Below, piece by piece: positions 1 to 12,776 of a stretch of 64,000 nucleotides of DNA. The notes beneath the pieces are model-generated. The model worked only from the letters and a program-made list of their open reading frames with translations, was not told the origin of the DNA and ran no database searches. Made by a program: the position numbers and the translations under genes. The DNA is from the human T2T-CHM13v2.0 reference genome, Homo sapiens. The stretch is taken from NCBI RefSeq assembly GCF_009914755.1, contig NC_060938.1; one strand, written 5' to 3'. How positions within the stretch are numbered: the stretch's first letter is position 1; each line of letters starts with the position of its first letter.

Positions 1-199
1 CAAGGATAGTATAGAGGTCCTATACATTGTGCACCTAGGTTTCTCTATTATTAAAATTTTACGTTAGCATGCTACATTCAGTATAATTAACAAATGATAT
101 TGATACACTATTATGAACTAAAGTTCACATTTTATTCATATTCCTTAGTTTTTACCTACTGTCCTTTTTCTGTTGTAAGATCTCATTGAGGATACTATA

Positions 200-504
<305 letters not shown>

Positions 505-1140
505 TATGTTATATTTAGTCATTATGTTTCCTTAGCTTCCTCTTGGCTGCGACAGTGTCTCAGACTTCCCTTGTTTCTGGTGACTTTGACAGTTTGATTA
601 GTACTGGTCAGGTATTTCAATTAAGATCCCTTAATTGAAATTTGATGTTTTTCTCATGAAGAGACTGGAACTGTGGGAGTTGGGGAGGAAGACCACAGAG
701 GTAAAGTGCCACTCTCCTCTCCTTATATCAAGGGTGCATCCTGTCAGCATGACTTATCGCAGTTGCTGTTGACCTTGATCATCTGTCAGGTTTCTCCACT
801 GTGAAGTTACTATTTCTTCCCTTTCCATTCTGTCCACCTAGGAGGGAAGTCACTGTGTATAGCCCACACTTGGAGAGTGAGGGGTTAGTTATGCTCCACC
901 TCCTGGAGGGTAGAGGTTCTACGTACATTATGAAAATTCTGCATGGGAGATGTGTCTCCTCTATACCATTTATATGATTTATTTCATCATTTATTAATGT
1001 CAGAATGGAACCTGAATATTTATTATACTTTGGGTTTTAATCCAATACTGCTTTATTTATTTTGTTGCTTAAACTGTTTCAGCTTGGGGCATTGGAGCTC
1101 TTTCAGCTGGTTCCTGTGTCCCTTTGATATACCCCCATTA

Positions 1141-1709
1141 TTGTGTCTATGTGTGTGTGTGTGTGTGTCTATGTGTCTGTGTGTCTCTGTGTGTGTGTGT
1201 ATATATGTGTCTGTGTGTGTGTCTATGTATGTCTCTGTGTGCATGTGTATGTATGTGTCTGTGTGTGTATGTGTGTCTGTGTATGTGTCTGTGTCTGTGT
1301 GTGTCTGTATGTGTCTCTGTGTGTATGTGTATGTGTCTGTGTGTGTGCATGCATCTTTGTGTGTGTATGTCTGTATGTGTGTCTGTGTGTGTGTCTCTGT
1401 GTGTATGTGTGTGCATGTGTGTGTGTGTCTGTGTCTGTGTGTGTGTCTGTGTGTTTGTGTGTCTGTTTGTACCTGTGTATGTGTCTCTCTGTGTGTCTGT
1501 GTGTGTATGTGTCTGTGTGTGTATGTGTCTGTGTATGTGTGTGTGTCTCAGTGTGTATGTGTCTGTGTATGTGTGTCTCTCTGTGTGTATGTGTATGTGT
1601 CTGTATGTGCGTTTCTGTGTGTGTGTCTGTGTGTGCATCTCTGTGAGTATATATGTGTCTGTATGTGCGTTTCTGTGTGTGTGTCTGTGTGTGTGTCCGT
1701 GTGTGTGTG
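1141..1709. repeat. Degenerate (TG)n-derived compound microsatellite with TGTGTG/TGTCTG/TGTATG units, ~570 bp
   Basis: Read directly from the sequence; it produces the spurious Cys/Val and His/Thr ORFs. Confidence 0.97.
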
Positions 1710-2169
1710 AGCACTTCCTTACTTTCTGGCACTACAAGATGCTCCAGGCTCATCATTTCCCAAGTCCTGAACCAACCATTTTTTCCAAGGAGCCCTGGTT
1801 CCTTTGGAGTACGGTATTAGAAATTAAAAGCTGGGTGCTAGGGATGCTTTCCCTCTCTTTTTACCCATACTGGTGACCTCTATTTCTGGGCCTCCCCATT
1901 CCCTCAGGGCCTACTTCTTTCCTGCTTCGCTGCCTTCTGGATTCTACGGCTGAGCTGCCCTCGACCCTACCATCCCTTGTCCATGCAGTGTACTTGTCCT
2001 CCCAATTCACAATCTTGGACCTGGACTTTGGTCTTGCCCTGAGGTTGTGAGGTGCTGGGAGGTCTGCGGAGCTCTCTGTGTCGCTTGGAAAACTTACCAC
2101 TCTCTAAGATGGCTGTTCCCCGCCCCTGCCCTGTGCTCCGTCCTACCTACTGCCTGGGTAGCAAGGGCC

Positions 2170-3650
2170 ATAGCCTCCTACTTCACCACGAAAATGGAGA
2201 CCAATAGGGGTTCAGACCCTAAATTTCCCTCCCTACAATTCCAAACTTAGCTGAGTCTTATACCCACCTGCTCACCTTTTGTTTTTCCCTTCCTTTCTGT
2301 CTTCCTTCTGTCGTCTCAGAGAATGTGTGTTTTTCCTGCCTTCCTTCCAGGCCAGTCTTTCCATTAGCTCAGATCACCAGGAGGAGGTTTCTCTTTCCTC
2401 TAATCTTCTCTAGAATTTTGCTCCATCGGTGATCTAATTTTGTGTGTCCTGAAATGCCCCTTCAACACTGCTTTCTTCTCTCTGCCTCTGAACATGTGTA
2501 AATGTCCCTCATCCTAAAAACACACACCCCCCTTTTTACATGACCGCTCCCCTTCACTGTTTTGCTACTTCTCTCCTCTTCCCTTTCTCCATTGCACTTC
2601 CAGAGAAAGACATCTCTGATAACTGTATTGGTGGCTGCCCTTCCTCCTTTGTGCCCACAAACTTGTTTCTGCCTTATCTGCCACTTTCCTGGAACTCTTC
2701 TCTGAAAGAATCACCGTATCCAGTGGTCTCTTCTTCACTGTTCCATATGACCCATCTTAGGACAGCATTTCCCCTTTGGTTCTCTCTTTCCCTCTTGGCC
2801 TTTCCTGTACCTCTGGCTTCAGGGAGGGATGTTCTTCTATCCTGGCTGTCTATCTTCCTCCCTCCCTGCTCCGTCTTGGCTCCTTTCACTGGCTCCTCTT
2901 TCTCCCTGCCCTTCACCCTCCACTTCCTACCTGGGGGATACTGTCAACCTTCAAGATGTAGCACCTGCCCATCCGTGGTTCTCTTCCATGGCTGTGCATT
3001 AGAATCACCTGGGGGGCTTCCAAAAAGTATTGACTTCCAGGCCCCTCCCTTAACTCATTAAATCAGATTCCCTAAATATGCAGCCTGGGTGTCTCTGTTG
3101 ATCAAAGCTCCACAGAGGCTCTGGTGAGCAGTCAGGATGGAGACCTTTAATTTCCGTGTTAATGATTCCCCAGGGGATCTCTCCACTTTTGTCCCTCCAC
3201 TGAGCCCCACATGCATATTTCCATCTGCTTACTGGAAGGCCACACACACAAACTCCAGATCAACAGGGCCGAAGTAGAACTCATGTTTCCCCTGTCCCTC
3301 TGCTTTGCTGCAAGCCTCACTCTTCTCTCTTCCCCTTTCTAAGGCTATTTCCATCTGCCCACTCAGGCTAAATAGAAGGCTCACGTTTGGCTTTTCCCCC
3401 ACTCTCAAATCCATTGGTGACTGTGCCCTGCTGACGCTGAGATGTTGCTCTTCCTTCCCAGCCTCCCTGCCACTGCTTTAGTTTGGGTCCTTGCCATCTG
3501 GCATCTGAACTGTAGCATTAGATTCCTAATTGTTCTGTTTGCCTCCGGTTTCTCCCACTCCCTAATTCAACTGTCCCTAATTTTCTTTCTAGAAGGCAAA
3601 TCTAATAATCTTCCACTGTGAAAATCCTAGAATGGTCTTTCAACACCTGG
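2170..3650 (+). mobile_element. L2 fragments with an embedded MER5A-like element (~2970-3140)
   Basis: Pyrimidine-rich L2-like sequence; MER5-like GTGGTTCTC...GCATTAGAATCACCTGGGG. Confidence 0.55.
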
Positions 3651-3654
3651 CTAC

Positions 3655-3830
3655 GCTTCTCCACGTGGCTTCTTTAGCCCTGTGCATGAGAATCACTTGT
3701 GATGCTTGTTAAACTGCAGATTCCAGGGGTAACCCAAGACCTGTGAAATCAGAAAACAGAAAATGGGAGTCTGTATTTTTGAATGTGCTCCCTAGTAGGT
3801 CCTGATGTATAGTGATGTTTGCAAACCCTG
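3655..3830. mobile_element. MER5-like hAT MITE
   Basis: GAATCACTTGTGATGCTTGTTAAACTGCAGATTCC...GTTTGCAAACCCTG. Confidence 0.55.
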
Positions 3831-4431
3831 GCTCCAAGCCCTGTAGCTGGTACCTAAATCCTTTCTACCCCTACCTCTACTCTGTCTCCAGACAATGTGA
3901 CCTTCATGGATCTCCATGGTCACCAGACTATCAAACCCAAGTATCACCCGAGAAAGATTAATGTCTAGCCCTTCTGATCTGCTTCCCTTCGTCTAAAAAT
4001 GCCTCTCCCTTTGCTGCCTCTGTTTCCTTGCTTGTTCTGATCCCTCTGTCCGGCTCAGAGAAACCAAGACTCAGGGTGGTTATTCTTGAGTAAGATCCCA
4101 GAGTCAGAAAGTGGCAGAGCCAGGAATCAAACGTAGGGCTGCCTTACCTCAGAGCCTGTACCCTTAACCACTCTGCTGTGCTGGTTCTAGGGGCTGATTA
4201 ATGAATTTAGCAAAGGCCCCACACCACCCTCTTTGTTCTAGTTCCAGCACTGTCCCCTCCCTCCAGAGCCCCTCTCACCAAGGGGTCATGCATCCCCTTT
4301 CATCCTTGTTTTAAATGGAAGACAGCTACTCTTCCTCCCTGTCCAGAGGCCAGGCCATTTCCCCCTTGCCCACCTCCCCCCATCAAGCTGCAAAGAGGCC
4401 CAGTGATGAATGGGAGGGGAAAGCGGAAGGT

Positions 4432-4492
4432 GGGGAGGAGAAGGAGAAGGAGGAGGAGGAGGAGGAGGAGGAGGAGGAGGAGGTGGAGGAGG
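4432..4492 (+). repeat. GA-rich tract including (GGA)11 at 4449-4481
   Basis: Read directly from the sequence. Confidence 0.95.
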
Positions 4493-5429
4493 TGGCAGTG
4501 GCGGTACAAGCAAGGCAGAGTGGGATGGAGTGTAAGCAGAGTGCCAGAGCCACAAACCTTAATTTAATCACAGGGCCCCATGCTCAATTTAACAGACACA
4601 AGGGCTCAGAATGGGGTCCCTGTGCGGCGGTGGGGCAATCAGCCTGCTGCAGTTCCTGGGAAAGCATTAATTGCGGATGACAATGTGTAAACAGTGGGGA
4701 TGAATGGAGTGTGCAGGTGTGAGTGCTGGGGCCAGCCTGGGCTGTTTTCACACGAGCTGCAGCTCCTCCACTGCTGACCTGCTCCCCAGAACAGGATTAG
4801 TGGAAACAGTTGGGAAACCGTTGAGGGTGTTGGAGCTTGGCATAGAGCAAGTGGCCGAGAGCAGAGTGGAAGAGGGGCAGGGACTGGAAGGGCAGAGGCC
4901 TGGGAGATGAACTGTAGGGTGTGTGTGGGTGTTGCGGACTGCCTGCCTGCGGCCTAGCCCCTAGCCAAGCCACAGACTCTCTGGAAAGGAAGGCTGGATT
5001 TTTAATAACAATGAAGGCGGTCAGACCTGTGCAGCTCGGGACTGCGCTTGGGCTTGCCATCCACCTGGGCAAAGCCAGGTCATAGGGAAACTGAGAGATG
5101 CTCCAGAGCCCTTGTCTTCTCTCTCCCAACAGAGCCCCAAGATGTGCCTGGGGAAGGCCAGGCAATGTTGAACCAGCCTGGGGTCCCCAGCCAGATCTGA
5201 GTGGGAGAGGTGTCAGGGCAGGGTGATGGGGGTGGTGAGGAATTGGAAGAGTGCTGAGACAAGTCCAGAAAAGCCTAGATATCTGAAGATCTTTCATCTG
5301 AGAATCTCAAAGCGGCTTTCCAAAGCTGTTTCCTATATTTCTCTTGTCTTTTCACTCCTGTTGTGACTTTCTGAGGACAAGGGCAATGCCCCCCTTTTCT
5401 CTTCCCTTTCCCACGATCCCTAGAATGAG

Positions 5430-5900
5430 CTGGGCCCTCGGGAGTCCTAGGAGTTCAGGCTTTATCCTGCAGGCAGTGGGAGCCCATGGACTGTTTTAGG
5501 TAGGTGATCATCATAGGGTTTCAGAAGGATAATACCGGCCACAGGGTGATGGCTGAGGTATGGAGCAAGGCCTGGGAGGTAGAGGGGTTTGAAGGAGTTG
5601 CAACAAACCAGGTGAGGAGAGTCTGACCTGTGACCAGCAGTGGAGCTGGGGAAGAGAAGGCACATTTGAGAACCATCAAGGAGATGAATTTGCAGGACTT
5701 CAGGACTGGTTGGCTCTGGGGTATGCAGGCACAAGGTTCTGGTCTGAGCAACCTACTTGATGGTGGCAGCAATGTCTGTGTGCCCAGTGGGGAACACAGA
5801 TGGAGGAGTAGTTTCATAGTAGAGGATAATGGGTTGGATTTGGAATGGCTTTCTTTCTGATGATTACTGTGGACTCAAGGCTGTAATGCTGAAGAACTGA
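5430..5900 (-). mobile_element. L2 fragment
   Basis: GAGTTCAGGCTTTATCCTGCAGGCAGTGGGAGCC... is typical of antisense L2. Confidence 0.55.
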
Positions 5901-6373
5901 GAGCCAAAAAAAAAAAAAAGTCCTATGGAGATTTCCTGAAAGAGGGTCAGGATACTGGGTCCCCACATCTACTGTCGGCCAAGAGCCCTGGGCCAGGCTG
6001 CGTGTCCCTGCAGGGAGTGCTCCCACCTGGCAATGCCAAGCTCATCCTGAACACCCATGGGGGCTCAGCCCTGGGAGCAGGCAGTGTGAACTGGCTCAGA
6101 AGAGGAAAAAGTCAAGTTGGCACTAGAAAATCTCATGCATAAGCCAAGAAAAAATAACATCCAGATGCAAACTGAACCCACTACCTTGAATCTGTGTTTT
6201 CTTCAGATCCCAGTTCAGTCTCTCCTGCTGGCTTGTTTTTATTTTCTGTTTAGAGGGAGAGATTATTTCTTTTTTCCCTGCAGTGTTTAGGCACTTGAAG
6301 TAAAGTTAAAAGCTTAAGTGACTTTCCCATCAAAGGAAGGTTAATGGTAACCTGGATTTAAAAAGTGGGGTGA

Positions 6374-6755
<382 letters not shown>

Positions 6756-6789
6756 CTATTTTAGTTCTTAATAATGGTTTCTAGTATAG

Positions 6790-7000
6790 TTCTGGATCCA
6801 CAGCCTGGGATCAGATTCCAGCTCAATCATTTGCCAGTTGTGTGACTTTGGGAACATTTACTTAAGCCCTCTCTGCCTCATTCTCCTCACCTGTGAAATG
6901 GGGATAATAATACCTAGAACATGGCACTGTGGTGGGGATCAGATGGGTTCATGCATGCACTTGCTTTGGAGAGTGTCTGGCTCATAGCCAGCATGACCAT
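6790..7000 (+). mobile_element. MIR
   Basis: TGTGACTTTGGGAACATTTACTTAAGCCCTCTCTGCCTCA...TGTGAAATGGGGATAATAATACCT core. Confidence 0.75.
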
Positions 7001-7364
7001 ATATTACTACAACAGGGGTTTCCCTAACCCTTCCTGCTTCAGTCGTGGAGCTCTTTGGGGGAGCCCTCTGGGTTTTCTGCTCTATTGGTCCTTGTCTAGG
7101 CTGTCAGATCAGTTTCTTGGGTTCTCATGACGAAGCCCTAAAGAGAGGTCTTGATAGTTTTGCAATTCACTCTTCCTGCTCTTTCACCTGCCATGCTTTA
7201 GCTCCAGAGCCAGACTTGAACAGTGGTTCCTCTATGCTGCCATTTCTTGAATCAGATTTAAAAATTGATGGATATAGAGTAGCTAACAAGTTTGGCAAGT
7301 AAGGATATTAAAGAGTCATCATCAGCATTTCATATATGGACATACTAGTACTATAAGTGTTGAA

Positions 7365-7770
7365 GCGGGTATTGGACGTCGATTATTTTTTGCCACCCGA
7401 CATCCATTCACCTGCTTCAGGTGACAGCCCCCAATTTTTTGGTGCATCCATTGCTCCCTCACAATCAGGCCCCAACTTAGAGCTGAAGCAGGTGGCAGGT
7501 GGAAGCCAGTCAGGGCTTCTCATTCCTCTGGCTCCAGTAATTGAGTATGTGGCTCAGCCAGAAGCAGTGAGGCACACAGAGTCTGGCAGAAATTCTGGGA
7601 AAGACACGGCGGCTCCCTCCTGCTGAACTCTAACCAGAGAGGATGTAGTGGTGAAGGTGCTGCTGCCGGGCTGCTGTCACATGGAGCCTGAGGCAGCACG
7701 GAGGCAGGCAGAGTCAAACAATGAGGTCATCTGAACTCGAAGTCCAACCACCCTTGAAGCCCCTGGCTTT
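7365..7770 (+). mobile_element. Old MaLR LTR fragment (MLT1-like); its 3' end resumes near 9205-9280
   Basis: MLT1-like motifs, split by the L1MC insertion. Confidence 0.4.
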
Positions 7771-7836
7771 TTTTTTTTAAAGAAACTTTTTGTTTTATAA
7801 TAGTTTTAGATTTACAAGAAATTGTGAAAATATTAG

Positions 7837-8199
<363 letters not shown>

Positions 8200-8703
8200 C
8201 TATTATTAATATCTTATATCAGCATGGCACATTCATCACAATTAATGAGCTGATATTGGTACATTATAATGAAATGAAGTCCATATTTCATTCAGGCTTT
8301 CTTAGTTTTCCCCTAATGCCCTTTTCTGACTCAGGATCCCATCTAGGACACCATGTTACATTTAATCCTTATGTCTCCATAGGCTTCTCTTGGCTGTGAT
8401 GGTTTCTCAGACTTTTCTTGTTTTTGGTGACCTTGACAGTTTTGAGGAGTCCTGGTCAGGTATTTTGTAGAATGCTCCTCAACTGGGATTTTCTGATGTT
8501 TTTCTCACAATTAGACTGGGTTATATGTTTTTGGAGGAAGGCCACAAAGTGCCACTCTCATGACGTATCGAGGGTCCCTCTTGTCCACATGACTTATCAC
8601 TGTCGATGTTGACCTTGATCACCTGGCGAAGGCAGGGCTTGTCAGGTTTCAGCATCATGAATGCATTCTTTTTATGGCTCTTTTCATCCTTTCCATGCTG
8701 CGG

Positions 8704-9039
<336 letters not shown>

Positions 9040-9643
9040 TAAGTACGGATTCCTGGCTATTTATTTTATACTTCGGGTTATTATCCAATACTACTTTATT
9101 TTGTTGCTCAATTTGTTCCATCTTTGAGCATTGGGAGATCTTTCATTTGGCTCCTGTGTCCCTTTGACAAACCCCCATCAGTGTGGTCATTTGGATGTTT
9201 CGGTAGACATGAGCTATCAATTTCTTTCTAGTCTAAGTCAGTTTAGTTCAAAGGTTTTGTCACGTGTAACCAAAAGATTATCAACAAATCTCGAGAGTCT
9301 TTAGGTTGCATTATCTGTTGAAACTTTCAGATGTTGTCCACATTTTTCTTGTGTCAATGCAGTTGAATGAAAATTTTACCCTGGAAAGCACAGATCCTCC
9401 CTGGGGCTGCAGTGGTCACTTTGCTGGGCACTGTATCCGGGGACTTGGGATCGTGGGCCTGGGTGCGATTCAAGGGCTAGTCTTATGATCTTAGGCAAGT
9501 CACTTAACCTCTGAGCTATAAAAGGGGTACAGAGATGGGAGGGGATTAGGTGACACCACGTCATTGTGATGTGACCCAGACACCAAGACTGTACCTCTGA
9601 TCTGCTGAACCAGTTGCAGGTGAGTTTAATGAAGCCTCCAAAT

Positions 9644-9832
9644 TACGGTTGCCAGATAAAATATAGGACACCCAGTTAACTTTGAATTTCAGATAACTAA
9701 TGAAAAATTTTATTATAAGTATGTCTCAAATATTACATGGGGATATACTTACACTAAAAAATTATTTGTTGTTTATCTGGAATTCAAAGTTAACTGGGTG
9801 TCCCGTATTTTTATTTACTAAACCTGGCAATG
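9644..9832 (-). mobile_element. MER53 palindromic hAT MITE (copy 1)
   Basis: GGTTGCCAGATAAAAT...CTGGCAA termini and a long internal inverted repeat. Confidence 0.85.
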
Positions 9833-10527
9833 TTACCCCAAATGGCCTCTCATTTTTAGGTTTCTCAGGGCATACACTCCAGAAAAGGTGACTCTGCCAC
9901 TTCAATTTCAGTGATAAAGGAACCTGAGCCATGTAGTGTCCTGGGAAGAACAGGACTTTGTGGTCAGAGTCTCATGAGGTCAAATCTCTGCTCCATGGCT
10001 CTGGGAAACTTGTTTGATCATTCTGAGGTCAGTCTCCATCCTCTGTTGTACAATGGGTTGATAATTCACAGACGCCATCACAACACTTTGCAGGGTCTGA
10101 CACCTGGGACTCAGTCAATGGTGGCCACTGCTATTGATGTTACTCTTATTTGGACAAATGAACAGAATGTCCTGAGAGAGGAGATCGAAAGCCATGACAA
10201 GGCAGCCCCCTCACTCCCACCCAGTCCCCTTCTCTGAGCCGGGGAGACTGCTAATGCCAGAAGCAGAGGCTAGGGGTGTGGAGGGGGTTTGGGGTGCTCT
10301 GTGAGGATCTCTCTGGGGCCTGGGCTTTTTGCTCAAGCTCAGTATCTCATCTGGGATCCTGTTTTCTGAGGGCTTAGGATTCCTCCAGTGGAGCTGGGCC
10401 TGAGGTTGGAAGGAGAACCTGTACTGATAGGGTTTGGAATGGGCTAGTTGTGGGAGATTAAAGAGAAAACTAGTTGGGGTGGGGGAGCTGACCTTACTCT
10501 TCACAAGCAGGGCAGGCAGGTGCACAA

Positions 10528-10870
10528 TAATGATAGCTAAATTTACTGAGTTCTTAGTATGTGCCAGGCATAGTTTTTTGTAATTTTAATGTATTACTTC
10601 ATTTAATCCTCACAACTCCCCATTTTATAGGTGGGGAAATTGAGGCGCAGAGGGACTAGGAAACCTGCCCAAGGTCGCACAGTGAGTAAGTGGGACAGCC
10701 TGGCAGCTGTGTCCTAGTCACATGCTCAGCACATTGTGTATCTTGTTTCATTTAGTTCTCACAAGAGCCTTCTGAGGTCAGCGTGATTCTATCTTCATTG
10801 TGTAGCTGAGGGCACTGAGGGTTATACAATTTGCCCAAGGCCATAATTTACAGGGGCCATGATTCAAATG
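10528..10870 (-). mobile_element. MIR fragments
   Basis: ATTTAATCCTCACAAC...CCCATTTTATAGGTGGGGAAATTGAGGC. Confidence 0.7.
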
Positions 10871-11109
10871 TGAATTTCCAACTTGCAGGTGCCTGGAGGT
10901 GTCAGGCAGGGGAGGAGGAGGCCAGTGATGACCTTTCCCCTCGTGCCAGCCCTCAGAAGAGGTGGAAGTGCCTGCCGTATGCCTTTGATTTATAGTGGAG
11001 CAGGGGTTTAGATCCAGCTGTCAACTTGGGAAGCCACGTGAGGATTCTATTTTTAAAAATGGCCTTGTAATTATAATAGTGGGGTAAAAACCACCACCAC
11101 CACCCAAGC

Positions 11110-11400
11110 AAACAGGAAAACAACCTGAATGTCCAACAGTGGGGGAACCAGTTAAATCAATTATGGTACAAACCCATGATGGCATATTTGGCAGTTAAGA
11201 ATCTCACATTTTCAGAGACTCTTAGCATGGGATAATGCCTCCAGATATAACTAAAAGCAGGATATAAAACTGCATAACAACCTGATCCCAATCGAAAGGT
11301 AATTTTGTATATGACTTCTTATACAGAGAAAACGACTAGAAGAAAATAGAAAGTTGATGGTGGTTATCTCCAGCAAAATTAAAGGCAATTAAAATTTTCT
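11110..11400 (+). mobile_element. Old L1 3' fragment (L1ME-like)
   Basis: AACAACCTGAATGTCCAACAGTGGGGGAA...TTATGGTACA. Confidence 0.5.
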
Positions 11401-12587
11401 GAATTATCCTATCATGTACTTGCCACATGCTTTACAAATCAGTTCGTTGACTCACAGACCATTAATCAGCTGGCATGCAATCATGGCGTTTTGAAGGTGG
11501 GGAAACTGAGGCCCAGGCCAGGGAACGCGGTTCAGGCTGGCCATGAAGCCGCGTGTGTTTGTCCAGCTCGGACGTGTGGCCCTGCCGGGTGTAGGGGGGA
11601 CACCCATGCCTCCAACACGCATAAGGGGGTGACTGTATGGGGGTCGTGGGGCGCCCTCCCCCAAGGGGCACAGCTAGAGCAAAGCAGAGAAAGGAGGGGG
11701 TGAAGGTGGGGTGGGGGCTGGGTGGAAGGGAAGGGTTGGGGAACCTTTCAAAAATGGAAACCAGATGAGCCGTTCAAAGAGGAGCAAATTCTCCACGGCG
11801 CGCTCCTTTGTTGCGAGCGTGTGAGGCGGCGGCAGCTGCGTGCCTCGCCCCCCAGCCCACAGCCCGATGAGGCGGACACGGATAACTGCATTAGATGCAC
11901 TCAGCTCTTTTCAATAAAACGCCCTTGTTGGAGGCACAATAGGGGGAACAGGGCAGCAACCCCAGGCCGGGCCGGGGGCGCCCTGCCCTCCTCCCGGAGA
12001 GCGCAGAGCGCACTCATTTTTCCGGGCTCTGCTAATTGACGTTTGGCCGCTGCGTGGTTCAAAAGAAAAGGCCGAACTCAAGTCCACTTCCACCGGAAAC
12101 CAGGCGGCCCCTCCCCTGCCGCCCCGCCATGGCTGGGTCTCTGGGGGCGCAGCCAGGGACCACAGTGCAGCTGGCCGCAGGTGGCGCGGAGGCTGCTGTG
12201 ACTCAGAATAGAAGGTGTCCTGAAGGCTTCTCCCAAAAAGGCTCCGTGCGCAGGCTTCTAGTTTCTGTTTGAGGAGACAGGTGGCAGCAGCAAGAGCAAA
12301 GGGCAATTTCAGGGCTGGAAGACTTCATCAGTGATTACCCAAATGCCACATTCTTTTAGTGATTCTAGTAAAGATAGCCTAGAACATTCTTTTAAGTTAA
12401 AAAAAAAAAAAAGGAAGATTACTATTTCTTGAACCTCTCCAGTGAGTTGCTTTAACTGTGAGCTAGGTGTTTACCATCCCTGGTTTACAGATGTGGAAAC
12501 CAGGACTTAGATTACTGGCCCTCTAAAATCGCACAGCTAGGAAGTGGTAGAGCTGGAATTTGAGCCCAGGTCTGTTTAACTTTAAAG

Positions 12588-12776
12588 CAGGGTTTTTCAA
12601 CCTTGGCACTATTGACATTTTAGCCTGGATAATTCTTTGTTGTGGGGCCTGTCCTGTGCCTTGTGGGATGTTTGTAGCATCCCTGGCGCTATCATCCAGA
12701 TAGGATCACCAAAAATGTGGCCAGACATTGCCAAATGTTCCCTGGGGAGCAAATTTGCCCCCTGTTGGAACCACTG
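12588..12776. mobile_element. MER20 (hAT-Charlie), directly after a MIR (~12450-12580)
   Basis: CAGGGTTTTTCAACCTTGGCACTATTGACATTT...GGAACCACTG; 8-bp TSD (C/T)TTTAAAG. Confidence 0.85.

Noticed and set aside
943-1876. Long Cys/Val-rich and His/Thr-rich ORFs (up to 255 aa) on both strands
   Set aside because: They are translations of the TG/CA repeat, which lacks stop codons. There is no promoter or splice context.
4286-4680. Poly-Glu, poly-Pro, poly-Leu and poly-Ser ORFs
   Set aside because: All derive from the (GGA)n microsatellite.
12171-12290. CTCF-like motifs (GGCCGCAGGTGGCGC, GAGACAGGTGGCAGC)
   Set aside because: Both mismatch the 5' CC(A/G) core positions. They cannot be supported without a PWM scan or ChIP data.
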